Source: an uncultured Alphaproteobacteria bacterium
Lineage (GTDB): Bacteria > Pseudomonadota > Alphaproteobacteria > HIMB59 > GCA-002718135
Length of the DNA stretch: 64,000 nt
Direction: 5' to 3'
Assembly: GCA_902521315.1 (NCBI GenBank)
Contig: CABYRH010000008.1
Location: forward strand, 18,066 to 82,065
The first letter of the stretch is position 1. Each line of letters begins with the position of its first letter. Of the stretch, positions 21,071-33,390 are shown piece after piece. A program made the translations under genes and the position numbers. The notes under the pieces are model-generated. The model saw only the letters and a list, made by a program, of their open reading frames with translations. It was not told the origin of the DNA and did not search any database.

Positions 21071-22291
21071 TTAATTAATGTACTTTTCGATGTCCTTGAA
21101 AAGCTTTTCTTTTTCAAAGAAAGATCTATTAGAAAACTCAATTGCATTTGCTTGAATTTTTTTTACTTCAAAATCATTATTTAGTAATTCTTTCATCTTT
21201 TTATCAATATCTTCAAACTTATTCACCATTATACATGAATTTGCTTTTACCATATCTTCATAAATATTAGTCCAATTATCAACATAATTACCACTAATAA
21301 TAGCACATCCATAACTTGCAGGCTCTATAGGATTATGTCCACCAATATTTTTTAAAAAAGAACCACCTAAAATAACTAAATCACTAATTTTAAAATATTG
21401 ATCTAATTTTCCAAAACTATCAATTACTACGATATTATTTTCTTCAATTTCTTTTTTCGATTCTAAAGAAATATTAAATCCTTCTTTATTTAATTCTTGC
21501 TTAATTGTATTAATTCTTTCTGGATGCCTTGGTGCAAGATAAATTTTTAAATTAAATTCATGTATTGTTTTTTTAATACATTTAATTATTTCTTTTTCTT
21601 CATTAGAATGAGTACTTGCAATCATAATTGTATTTGATTGATCTTTATTTATTGAAGAATTATTTTTATTCTTAGCTAATTTTAAATTTCCAATATGGTC
21701 AATTTGTAAGTTTGTTAATTCTTGAATTCTTTTTTTGTCATCTTTGCTTTGTGCAAAAATTTTATTAAAACTCTTTAATGAATTTCTGTAGAAATTTTTT
21801 AGACTTTTCCATTTTTTAAAAGAAGTTGGAGAAATCCTTGCATTTACATATAAACAATTGATATTTTTAACTCTAATTTTATTAAGCATATTTGGCCAAA
21901 TATCTGACTCTATCCAAAGAATCAGATTTGGTTTCCAAAAGTTTAAAAATCTTGAACACCACAGAGACACATCAAATGGGATGTATTGATGGATAATTTT
22001 ATTTTTATAAAACTCCTCAATATATTCTGCTGAAGATTTTGTTGTTGTAGTAACTAAAATATCAAATACTTTATGATATCGTTCTATAATTAAATCTGAA
22101 GATTTAAATTCGCCAATACTTGCTGCATGTATCCATAAAATTTTTTTCTCATTATTTTTTTTTAACGTTGGTTTTCCAAACCGTTCAATAAATCTTAGTC
22201 TATCCTCTTTTTTTCTATAAATCCTAATAAATATATTAAAAATAATTACTGGTATGAGAAGAGTACTGAGTATTTGATATATTCTAAGCAT
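21071..22291 (-). CDS. waaA: Kdo transferase
   Basis: WIHAASIGE, APRHPER, GGHNPIEPA. Confidence 0.94.
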   Translation of the reverse strand: MLRIYQILSTLLIPVIIFNIFIRIYRKKEDRLRFIERFGKPTLKKNNEKKILWIHAASIGEFKSSDLIIERYHKVFDILVTTTTKSSAEYIEEFYKNKIIHQYIPFDVSLWCSRFLNFWKPNLILWIESDIWPNMLNKIRVKNINCLYVNARISPTSFKKWKSLKNFYRNSLKSFNKIFAQSKDDKKRIQELTNLQIDHIGNLKLAKNKNNSSINKDQSNTIMIASTHSNEEKEIIKCIKKTIHEFNLKIYLAPRHPERINTIKQELNKEGFNISLESKKEIEENNIVVIDSFGKLDQYFKISDLVILGGSFLKNIGGHNPIEPASYGCAIISGNYVDNWTNIYEDMVKANSCIMVNKFEDIDKKMKELLNNDFEVKKIQANAIEFSNRSFFEKEKLFKDIEKYIN

Positions 22292-22955
22292 CTAGATTTT
22301 TTTCTGCTGATTTCATGCAATCATTAATTTTTTCTTCCAAGAAATTCTTATATTTCTCTAAATCATCATCTTTAGTAGAAGAAGGAATAGTAATTGGTTC
22401 ACCCCATACAAATCTACATCTTGAAAATGGATATGTAATTAAAAATGAGTCCCAAGATTTAAGTTTAAGATTTTTATTTGAAGCAAAACCAAGTGGTATA
22501 ATAGGGACTTGTGAATGAATTGCAATTTTTATAATTCCTTCTGAGACTTTCTTATTTGGTCCTCTTGGTCCATCAGGAGTAATACCAATATAATTTCTAT
22601 CTTTTAAAATTTTAAATACTTTCCTTAATGAAGGTGATTTATTTTTTGACATTATAGAAACATTTTTTAAGTTAAAATGACCTGCAATATATGCACCAAA
22701 TCGACCATCACTATGGCTAGATGCTAACATATTTAACACAGCTTTACTTTTCCATACATATCCTATCATCATCAATTGACCATGCCAAAATGCTAAAATA
22801 AAAGGTTTATTCTCTCTCCACAATTTTTCTGGTAACTCAGAGTTTATAATCTGTATTTTAGAGGTGTAACATACGAACAAGATATATAGGTAACCTATAA
22901 ATGCCAAAATTTTTTGAGATATAGAAAATTTAAAAATTTTTTTTTTAAAACTCAT
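22284..22955 (-). CDS. DUF374 (LpxJ-like) acyltransferase
   Basis: FWHG, SSHSDG, ITPDGPRGP; located between msbA and waaA. Confidence 0.8.
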   Translation of the reverse strand: MSFKKKIFKFSISQKILAFIGYLYILFVCYTSKIQIINSELPEKLWRENKPFILAFWHGQLMMIGYVWKSKAVLNMLASSHSDGRFGAYIAGHFNLKNVSIMSKNKSPSLRKVFKILKDRNYIGITPDGPRGPNKKVSEGIIKIAIHSQVPIIPLGFASNKNLKLKSWDSFLITYPFSRCRFVWGEPITIPSSTKDDDLEKYKNFLEEKINDCMKSAEKNLDA

Positions 22956-24693
22956 TTTCCAACTGTTCTCTTAGTTGTAATTTTTTATAAATGGTTGATT
23001 TAGAAATTAATTCTTCATGTTTTCCTTGACTTTCAATTTTGCCTTTATCTAAAACGTAGATAATGTCAGCGTCTTCTATTGTGCTTAATCTATGTGCAAT
23101 TATTAATTTGGTTTTATTATTCATCAGGCTATTTATTGTTTCATGAATTTTATTTTCAGTTATGTTATCTAAAGAAGATGTAGCTTCATCCATAATTAAA
23201 AGTGGCGCATCTTTTATTAGAGCTCGGGCAATAGCAATTCTTTGTCGTTGTCCACCTGATAATTTTACGCCGTTTTCTCCAATAACAGTGTATAGTTTTT
23301 GATCCAATTCTTCTGAAAAACTACTTACCCCAGCATTTTTAGCGACTAAACTAATCTCTTCATCAGTTGCATTAAGGTTTCCATATTTAATATTTTTAAA
23401 TATACTTTCATTAAATAAAATTGTTTCTTGAGTTACTATTGAAACACTATTTCTTACATCTGTCAGATCTAATTCTTTTATATCTTTAGAATTAATTAAT
23501 ATAGAACCTGAATAATTATCATATAATCGCAAAATTATATTTGCTATCGTTGATTTACCAGATCCAGATAAGCCAACTAACGCAACTTTTTTTCCTTTTG
23601 GTATTCTTAAACTTATTTTATCAAGTACTGTATTATCGTTATATGCAAATGAAACATCTTTAAACACAATGTCTCCATCTAGATCTATAGTTTTTTTTGG
23701 AGAAATATTTTCCATATTTTTTTCGCTTGTATCTAAAAGTTTAAATATTCTCTCAGCTCCAGCTAGGCCTTCCTGGACACTAATATTTAGATTGCCAAGT
23801 GCCTTTACTGGTTGATAAGCCAGTAGAAGACTTACTAAAAAACTCATAAATTGGCCTGTTGTCATACTTTCGTTTAAGACAAAAACACCCCCAGCATAAA
23901 TTGAGAGTGCTACAGCTAAACTTCCAATAAATTCCATTAAAGGGCTTAAGCGATTGCTAATAAAAGCAGATTTTGTAAAATATTTTTGAATGAAACTAAT
24001 TGTTTCAAAAGCTCTTTGTTTTTCATAGTTTTCTCTTGAGTATGCTTTTACTTGTCTAATACCTTTAATGCTCTCAGCTAATACATTAGAAAAAACTGCA
24101 ATTTCGTTTTGGATAGTGTAAGTAATTTTTCTTATACTCTTCCCAATTTTTCTTATGGGCCAGATCGCTAAAGGGAATGCAAAAAAAGCAAAAAGAGTTA
24201 GAGTCCAACTTTGGTAAAACATATTACATAGTAAAAAGATAATAACTAAAACATCTTTTATAATTCCTGTTACAGATTTAACTATTGCAAGTCTTAAGTA
24301 GTAAGTATCATTGATGAGTCTTGAAATTAAATTACCTGACTTAGAATCATTATAAAATTTCATATTCAAATACATGAGTTTTTCAAACATCTGAGTTTGA
24401 AGTTTTGCAATAATAGAATGTGCAACTTTACTCATTTGATAAGAGTGAGTATAAGTTGCTAGTCCTTTACAAAGTGTGACTATAATAATTGCAATTGGAA
24501 TTAAAAATAACATTTCTTTATTCCCTTTGATTAAAACTTCATCAAGCGCAGGCCTTACTAACCAAGCATGTAAACCTGTTGCTGCTGCTGAAATAACCAT
24601 CATAAATAAAGCTAAAATTATTTTGAGTTTATGACTCATTAAATAATCAAAAATTATTCTTGAAGTAACTGACTGTTTTTTATCTGAAGACAT
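22945..24693 (-). CDS. msbA: Lipid A export ABC transporter (MsbA-like)
   Basis: TM domain plus GLSGSGKS, LSGGQRQR, DEATS; lipid A gene context. Confidence 0.85.
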   Translation of the reverse strand: MSSDKKQSVTSRIIFDYLMSHKLKIILALFMMVISAAATGLHAWLVRPALDEVLIKGNKEMLFLIPIAIIIVTLCKGLATYTHSYQMSKVAHSIIAKLQTQMFEKLMYLNMKFYNDSKSGNLISRLINDTYYLRLAIVKSVTGIIKDVLVIIFLLCNMFYQSWTLTLFAFFAFPLAIWPIRKIGKSIRKITYTIQNEIAVFSNVLAESIKGIRQVKAYSRENYEKQRAFETISFIQKYFTKSAFISNRLSPLMEFIGSLAVALSIYAGGVFVLNESMTTGQFMSFLVSLLLAYQPVKALGNLNISVQEGLAGAERIFKLLDTSEKNMENISPKKTIDLDGDIVFKDVSFAYNDNTVLDKISLRIPKGKKVALVGLSGSGKSTIANIILRLYDNYSGSILINSKDIKELDLTDVRNSVSIVTQETILFNESIFKNIKYGNLNATDEEISLVAKNAGVSSFSEELDQKLYTVIGENGVKLSGGQRQRIAIARALIKDAPLLIMDEATSSLDNITENKIHETINSLMNNKTKLIIAHRLSTIEDADIIYVLDKGKIESQGKHEELISKSTIYKKLQLREQLENEF

Positions 24694-25556
24694 TAAAAAG
24701 TTTGTAAAAGTAAAAATAACATAATTGCAAAAATATTATTTTGTCTGAAATAATAATTTGAACTTAACGGTGATGTTATATCCCATTTCTGAATTGCTAT
24801 ATACGTACAAATTGTGATAGTGGCTATAATAATTGAACTTAGTAAAAAATTTGAGGAATTCCATACAAAATAAGACAGTATAATTAAGATAATAAGATAG
24901 CATGTTTGAACAAATCTTTTACCATTATTATCAAAATAAACTGCAGTAGATTTGATCTTATTTAAAACATCATCTGCCTTATCTTGGTAGGCATAAATAG
25001 TATCATATGCTAATGTCCAAAATATACATACAAAATACAATAAAAGAAAATCAAATGTAATTCGTGTATTAAATTGCATTGAAACTATTAGCACGCCCCA
25101 ACTAAAAATAATTCCAAGGAATAATTGTGGGAAGAAAGTTATTCTTTTCATAAACGGATATAAAATAACAAATGGCACACTTAACAAACCTAATACAATT
25201 GACTTAAAATTAAACTCGAGAAGAATGAAAAAACTAATTACCAATAATATTATTAATAATAATATCGCTTCAGTAATAGAAATCTTTTTTGATGCTAAAG
25301 GTCTAAATTTGGTACGCGCAACTTTTTGATCAAAATCAATATCAATGATGTCATTAATTATACAACCTGCACTTCTCATTAAAAAAGAACCAATTAAAAA
25401 AAGTAAATACCAAAATATTAGTTTAGAAGTTTCTGTTTTTAGTAACGCTAAACCAAACCAGCAAGGCCACATTAATAGAAGGAAGCCAATAGGTTTGTTT
25501 AGTCTGATTAACTCGCAGTAATCAAATGTTTTTTTTACAACTAAGTTATCCCACAT
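24693..25556 (-). CDS. ubiA: 4-hydroxybenzoate polyprenyltransferase
   Basis: RLNKPIG, GCIINDIIDIDFD..V.RT..RP, YDTIYAYQD. Confidence 0.93.
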   Translation of the reverse strand: MWDNLVVKKTFDYCELIRLNKPIGFLLLMWPCWFGLALLKTETSKLIFWYLLFLIGSFLMRSAGCIINDIIDIDFDQKVARTKFRPLASKKISITEAILLLIILLVISFFILLEFNFKSIVLGLLSVPFVILYPFMKRITFFPQLFLGIIFSWGVLIVSMQFNTRITFDFLLLYFVCIFWTLAYDTIYAYQDKADDVLNKIKSTAVYFDNNGKRFVQTCYLIILIILSYFVWNSSNFLLSSIIIATITICTYIAIQKWDITSPLSSNYYFRQNNIFAIMLFLLLQTF

Positions 25557-25591
25557 ATATGAATATAATGTTATAATTCTAAACTATTGTA

Positions 25592-26323
25592 ATGAAAATG
25601 TCTAAAACACGATTATTTGTATCAAAAAAATTATCAGCCAATATTTTAATCTATATAAAAAATAAGCAGCACCACTTTTTGAAAAATGTTCTTAGAATCA
25701 AAAAAGAAGATAACATAAATTTATTCGATGGTTTGACAGGTGAATGGCTATCTAAAGTAATTTCTATCAATAGAGATAACATTGTTTTACAAATACAAAA
25801 CAAATTGAGAGATATTCCTCAAGAATCTGATTTATGGCTAATATTTGCCCCAATCAAATCTTATAGAATGAATATAACCATTCAAAAAGCTACCGAGCTT
25901 GGTATTTCTAGATTTATTCCAATTTTGACAGAATATACAAATCAATCAAAAATAAATTTTAAAAATTTTGAATTAAATATCATTGAAGCATCAGAACAAT
26001 CTGAGAGATTGTCAATTCCGATTTTAGAAAAAACAATTAAACTAGATGATTTAGTTGACAATTTTCCGTCTGATAGAGGTTTAGTATTTTGCGACGAAGG
26101 AAATGAAAATTTACCAACTATTTACAATGCATTAATTAATGAAACAAAAAAATACAAAAAATGGTCTGTCATTATTGGACCTGAAGGTGGTTTTTCTGAA
26201 AAGGAACGAAGAACCATCTCTTCTTTGTCTTCATGTATATCCGTCTCTTTGGGAAAAAGAATTCTACGATCAGACACAGCAACTACAGCTGCAATTTTTT
26301 CAATTCAATCGGTTATTGAATAA
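25592..26323 (+). CDS. rsmE: 16S rRNA m3U1498 methyltransferase
   Basis: QKATELG, IGPEGGFS, LGKRILRSDTA. Confidence 0.94.
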   Translation: MKMSKTRLFVSKKLSANILIYIKNKQHHFLKNVLRIKKEDNINLFDGLTGEWLSKVISINRDNIVLQIQNKLRDIPQESDLWLIFAPIKSYRMNITIQKATELGISRFIPILTEYTNQSKINFKNFELNIIEASEQSERLSIPILEKTIKLDDLVDNFPSDRGLVFCDEGNENLPTIYNALINETKKYKKWSVIIGPEGGFSEKERRTISSLSSCISVSLGKRILRSDTATTAAIFSIQSVIE

Positions 26324-26333
26324 ATCATAATGA

Positions 26334-26348
26334 GCGACAACCTGTCCT
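26334..26348 (+). promoter_or_regulatory. Possible RegA/PrrA/RegR-type binding site upstream of coxB
   Basis: GCGAC-N5-GTCCT, GC-rich spot in an AT-rich spacer, resembling GCG(G/A)C-N5-GTCGC. Confidence 0.35.
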
Positions 26349-26421
26349 AGAATTTTGCCTCTAAATCACTGGTTAATTTACTGAATAATTTATTTATTAG
26401 TGTATACAATAACTAATTAAG

Positions 26422-28831
<2,410 letters not shown>

Positions 28832-28836
28832 TTTAC

Positions 28837-29757
28837 GTGGATGCTAAATCCTTAGAAGCTGGTTATAGCAATAATTTCTTTTTAAGAAAATTTAAAGGTT
28901 ATTATGAACTAATGAAACCAAGAGTTATGTCCTTGGTTATTTTTACTGCATTTGTTGGAATGTTTTTAGCACCTGGGCAGATAACATTTCTAAATAGTTT
29001 TCTTGTAATAGTTGCTATTGCATTAGGAGCTGGTTCATCAGCAGCAATTAATATGTGGTTCGATGAAGATATAGATAAAACTATGGAAAGAACAAAACTA
29101 AGACCAATTCCACTTGGAATAGTTTCTAAAAATGAAGCCTTAGTTTTAGGGATATTAACAGGAACTATTTCTTTAATTTTGATGCAATGGTTCTCAAATT
29201 CATTAGCAACAAGTTTACTTCTTTTTACAATTCTTTTTTATGTATTTATCTATACATTTTGGCTTAAACGAACAACTTCATTAAATATAGTTATTGGAGG
29301 AGCAGCAGGAGCAATTCCGCCAATTATTGGATGGACAGCAGTTGTTCCTGAATTAAATTTCTTACCAATTAGTTTATTTATAATTATATTTTTTTGGACC
29401 CCACCTCATTTTTGGGCCCTATCCGTATATAGATATAATGATTATAAAAATGCTAATGTGCCTATGTTACCAAATGTAAGTAGTATTGAAGATACAAAAA
29501 AACAGATTGTTTATTATGCTGTAATATTAATTTTATCGAGTTATCTTCCATACTTAGATAGCAATGTTGGAATAATATACTTAACTATAGTTACTACATT
29601 AAATTTATTATTATTTAATAGTTCTTTAAAGTTAAAAAAATCTAGAGAAAAAAAATCAATGCCAAATTCTGAAGGCTTAAAATTTTTTGCTATTTCAATT
29701 CTTTATTTATTCAGTTTATTCTCAGCATTATTGATTGATCATGTGGTACTAAGATGA
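28837..29757 (+). CDS. ctaB: Heme o synthase
   Basis: KPRVMSL, DID..MERT..RP, WTPPHFWAL. Confidence 0.95.
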   Translation: MDAKSLEAGYSNNFFLRKFKGYYELMKPRVMSLVIFTAFVGMFLAPGQITFLNSFLVIVAIALGAGSSAAINMWFDEDIDKTMERTKLRPIPLGIVSKNEALVLGILTGTISLILMQWFSNSLATSLLLFTILFYVFIYTFWLKRTTSLNIVIGGAAGAIPPIIGWTAVVPELNFLPISLFIIIFFWTPPHFWALSVYRYNDYKNANVPMLPNVSSIEDTKKQIVYYAVILILSSYLPYLDSNVGIIYLTIVTTLNLLLFNSSLKLKKSREKKSMPNSEGLKFFAISILYLFSLFSALLIDHVVLR

Positions 29758-29861
29758 AAAATAGAAGAAGAAAAAATATTATCACTTTAATTATTCTACT
29801 TTGTATTGTCGCATTCTTTTATTTGTGGACTTTATTTAAGGCTAATATTTTTGGAGTATAA
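29754..29861 (+). CDS. Small 35 aa single-TM protein of cox operon (CoxF-like)
   Basis: Below ORF-track cutoff: MKNRRRKNIITLIILLCIVAFFYLWTLFKANIFGV; ATGA overlap with ctaB stop and TAATG overlap with ctaG start. Confidence 0.7.
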   Translation: MKNRRRKNIITLIILLCIVAFFYLWTLFKANIFGV

Positions 29862-30376
29862 TGACAAACACTAGAACAGCTTTAGGATTATCGTTAATTG
29901 TTTTAACAATGATAACTTTAGTTGCTTTTTCGGTACCCTTATATGACTTATTCTGTAGAGTTACTGGTTATGGTGGTAAGACAAATACATCTGAGTTCCT
30001 TTCATCATCAATTTTAGAAAGAGATATTAATCTTAAATTTAATGCGGATGTTAATGATAGTATAAATTGGACTTTTACTGCACCAAAAAATATTAAATTT
30101 AAAGTTGGTGAAAATAAACTCGTTAATTATAAAGCTACTAATCAATCTGATGTAGAAACAATCGGAACTGCGACATTTAATGTTTTACCAGAAAAGGTCG
30201 GTCCATATTTTATTAAAACACAATGTTTCTGTTTCGAAAAGCAGGCTTTGAAACCTGGAGAAACAGTTGAAATGCCCGTTGTGTTTTACATTGATCCCTC
30301 AATTAATGAAGATCCAACAATGAAAGATGTCGAAGAGATAACATTGTCATATACCTTTTTTAAATATATAGAATAA
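29861..30376 (+). CDS. ctaG: Cytochrome c oxidase assembly protein CtaG/Cox11
   Basis: VPLYDLFCRVTGYGG, QCFCF. Confidence 0.96.
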   Translation: MTNTRTALGLSLIVLTMITLVAFSVPLYDLFCRVTGYGGKTNTSEFLSSSILERDINLKFNADVNDSINWTFTAPKNIKFKVGENKLVNYKATNQSDVETIGTATFNVLPEKVGPYFIKTQCFCFEKQALKPGETVEMPVVFYIDPSINEDPTMKDVEEITLSYTFFKYIE

Positions 30377-30379
30377 CCA

Positions 30380-31225
30380 ATGGCTAATAAATCAACAACA
30401 GGGCAGAAACATCCATATCACTTAGTTGATCCAAGCCCACTTCCATTTTTATCATCAATAGCTGGTCTCGCAATGGCTGCTGGTCTTGTATTTTATATGC
30501 ATTACGGAACTTCTTGGCTTCTCATTCTCGGCACTATTGGTTTACTAACTATTATGTTTTTATGGTGGAGAGACGTAATCAAAGAGTCAACTTTTCAAAA
30601 GGTTCACACACCCGTTGTGGAGCTGGGACTAAGATATGGAATGGCACTTTTTATTGCATCAGAAGTAATGTTCTTTGTTGCTTTTTTCTGGGCTTTTTTT
30701 GATGCAAGCTTAACACCTAAATTACCTATAGAAGAATTTTCAGAAACTTTTGATAGTAATGGTGCTGTTGGAATTTGGCCACCAGAAGGTATCAAAACAT
30801 TTGATCCACTTGATGTTCCTTTTTTAAATACATTAATATTATTAATGTCAGGTACTACTTGTACATGGGCTCACCATGCTGTTAGAGAAGGTCATAGAGA
30901 TCAAGCCATTCAGGCATTATGGTGTACTGTTGGTCTCGGAATTTTCTTTTCATTTATGCAGGGTGTAGAATATTACGAAGCAGCTCATCATTATTTTAGT
31001 TTTACTGATGGAATATATCCGTCAGTATTTTATATGGCTACTGGTTTTCATGGATTTCATGTAATGGTTGGAACAGCATTTCTAGCTGTTTGTTTGTATC
31101 GTGTTTATAAAAATCATTTTACTCCAGATAGACATTTTGGATTAGAGGCTGCAGCATGGTACTGGCACTTTGTTGACGTTGTTTGGCTGTTCTTGTTTGT
31201 CTGCGTTTATGTTTGGGGTGCATAA
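30380..31225 (+). CDS. coxC: Cytochrome c oxidase subunit III
   Basis: HPYHLVDPSP, SEVMFF, ATGFHGFHV, WYWHFVDVVW. Confidence 0.97.
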   Translation: MANKSTTGQKHPYHLVDPSPLPFLSSIAGLAMAAGLVFYMHYGTSWLLILGTIGLLTIMFLWWRDVIKESTFQKVHTPVVELGLRYGMALFIASEVMFFVAFFWAFFDASLTPKLPIEEFSETFDSNGAVGIWPPEGIKTFDPLDVPFLNTLILLMSGTTCTWAHHAVREGHRDQAIQALWCTVGLGIFFSFMQGVEYYEAAHHYFSFTDGIYPSVFYMATGFHGFHVMVGTAFLAVCLYRVYKNHFTPDRHFGLEAAAWYWHFVDVVWLFLFVCVYVWGA

Positions 31226-31915
31226 ATTAAAAACTTTCCCATAAAATTTTTTTTATTTAGTTTATTTTGTATTGCGCTGACAATATTTTTAGGAATTTGG
31301 CAATTGCAAAGACTGGAATGGAAAGAAAAAATTATAGCTGAATTTAATGAACTAAAGAATCAAAAACCACTTTCACTTTCAATGGGAAAAATGAAGTATC
31401 CAAACATTGATGAATTTACTAAAGTGATCACTTTAGGTACTGTTGACAGAAGTAAAAAAATTTTTTTCCCTGCTAAAACATTGAATGGGATTTCTGGTGT
31501 TAGAATAGTTAGTTTATTGTCAGATAATCATGGTAATAATTATTTAATTGATGAAGGTTGGTTTGAGCAAAGCAGATATGATTATTTTAAAGACAATAAT
31601 GAAAAAATAAATGCTGAAATTCTAGGATACATCCGATATCCAACTCAAAAAAAGATGTTTACTCCCGAGAATTCTATCTCTTCAAATGAATGGTATTATT
31701 ATGATTTGGAGCAAATTCAAACTTTCTTAAATGTTAAGATAAATCAGAAGTTTTTCATAAAAAATATGAGTAATTACGCAGAGAATTTCTTAATACCATC
31801 ATCTCAAAATCATAATTTTTCAAATAATCATTTGCAGTATGCAATTACATGGTTTTTGATGAGTTTTTCTTTTTTGATTATTTTTATAATTTATTTATTT
31901 AGGAAGAAAAAATGA
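31226..31915 (+). CDS. SURF1-family cytochrome oxidase assembly protein (start uncertain)
   Basis: LGIWQLQRLEWK and NNHLQYAITWF motifs; frame open from 31226, upstream of ORF-track TTG at 31304. Confidence 0.85.
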   Translation: MKNFPIKFFLFSLFCIALTIFLGIWQLQRLEWKEKIIAEFNELKNQKPLSLSMGKMKYPNIDEFTKVITLGTVDRSKKIFFPAKTLNGISGVRIVSLLSDNHGNNYLIDEGWFEQSRYDYFKDNNEKINAEILGYIRYPTQKKMFTPENSISSNEWYYYDLEQIQTFLNVKINQKFFIKNMSNYAENFLIPSSQNHNFSNNHLQYAITWFLMSFSFLIIFIIYLFRKKK

Positions 31916-33390
31916 AAACATATTTAAAACTTAAAGAGATCTTTAATGAAGCTTCACTGACATCAGATATTGCAGGTATTTTACACTGGGATATGGCAAC
32001 AATGATGCCTAGCAGCTCAAGAGATCAAAGATCAGATCAATTAGCCTATTTATCAAAACTTAGTCATAGTAAAATTTCATCTTCTGAAGTCGGTGATTTA
32101 ATTGAAGATTCTAAGAATCTTAATCTAAGTAACAGTGATCAGAAAAACTTAAATGAAATGGATAGAGAATATAAATTAGCTTCTGCTATTCCAACAAAGC
32201 TTGTAGAAAAAATTTCAAAATCTTCAGCTAAATGTGAAGGTGTTTGGCAAGAGGCAAGGGAAAAGTCTGAATTTAATTTAGTAAAAAAAGATTTAGAAGA
32301 ACTTTTAAATTTAACGAAAGAAGAAGCTAATATTCTAGGGGAAACTTTTAAAATTTCTCCTTATGAAGCACTAATAAATAAATTTGAACCTTCTTCAGAA
32401 GAAAATAAAATATCTGAAGTATTTGATGATTTACAAAAATTTCTCACACCACTTATTGATAAAATTATTGATAAGCAAAAAAAAGAAGAAACACTTCAAT
32501 TTGAAACAAGTATTGATGAAGAAAAGCAGAAAAATATTTCTGAATATATAATGAAACAAATAGGTTTTGACTTTACAAGAGGGAGACTTGATAAAAGTGT
32601 TCACCCTTTTTGTGGAGGATCTACAAATGATGTTAGAATTACAACGAGATATAATAATGAAAATCCATTTTCATCTTTAGATGGTGTTATGCATGAAACT
32701 GGACATGCATTATATGAGCTAAACCTTCCAAAAGAATGGATGCATCAGCCAGCGGGTAAATCTAGGGGGATGGCCATGCATGAAAGTCAATCACTATTAA
32801 TTGAAATGCAAATCACTAGATCTTTAGCTTTTAAAAAATTTTTATCTAATACCTTAAATAATAAATTTGATATAAATGACAAAGCTACAAATCCAGACAA
32901 TCTTTACAAATTAGGTACTCGAGTAAACAAATCTTTTATAAGAGTTGAGTCAGATGAAGTAACCTATCCCTTGCATATTATCTTAAGATTTAATTTAGAA
33001 AGAAAAATTTTTAACAATGAAATAAATATTGCAGACATTCCCGATGCTTGGAATGATGAATTTAAAAGATTATTTAATTTATCGATAAATAAAGACACTG
33101 ATGGATGTTTACAAGATATTCATTGGTTTGCTGGATTATTTGGATACTTTCCAACATATTCATTAGGAGCACTCACTGCTGCTCAATTTGCGTCTCAATT
33201 GAGAACTGATGAAATGGAATTAGATAAGGAAATAGAAAATGGTGAATTTTCAAATTTAGTAAATTGGCTTAAAAAAAATATCCATGAAAAAGCTAGTTTT
33301 TTTTCAACTAATGAGGTTTTAGAACAGGTTACAAAGTCGCCTTTAAATGCTAAATATTTCAAAGAATATATTACTAGTCGCTATCTTTAA
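31912..33390 (+). CDS. Carboxypeptidase M32
   Basis: HPFC, DVRITTR, HETGH, HESQ, GCLQDIHW. Confidence 0.95.
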   Translation: MKTYLKLKEIFNEASLTSDIAGILHWDMATMMPSSSRDQRSDQLAYLSKLSHSKISSSEVGDLIEDSKNLNLSNSDQKNLNEMDREYKLASAIPTKLVEKISKSSAKCEGVWQEAREKSEFNLVKKDLEELLNLTKEEANILGETFKISPYEALINKFEPSSEENKISEVFDDLQKFLTPLIDKIIDKQKKEETLQFETSIDEEKQKNISEYIMKQIGFDFTRGRLDKSVHPFCGGSTNDVRITTRYNNENPFSSLDGVMHETGHALYELNLPKEWMHQPAGKSRGMAMHESQSLLIEMQITRSLAFKKFLSNTLNNKFDINDKATNPDNLYKLGTRVNKSFIRVESDEVTYPLHIILRFNLERKIFNNEINIADIPDAWNDEFKRLFNLSINKDTDGCLQDIHWFAGLFGYFPTYSLGALTAAQFASQLRTDEMELDKEIENGEFSNLVNWLKKNIHEKASFFSTNEVLEQVTKSPLNAKYFKEYITSRYL

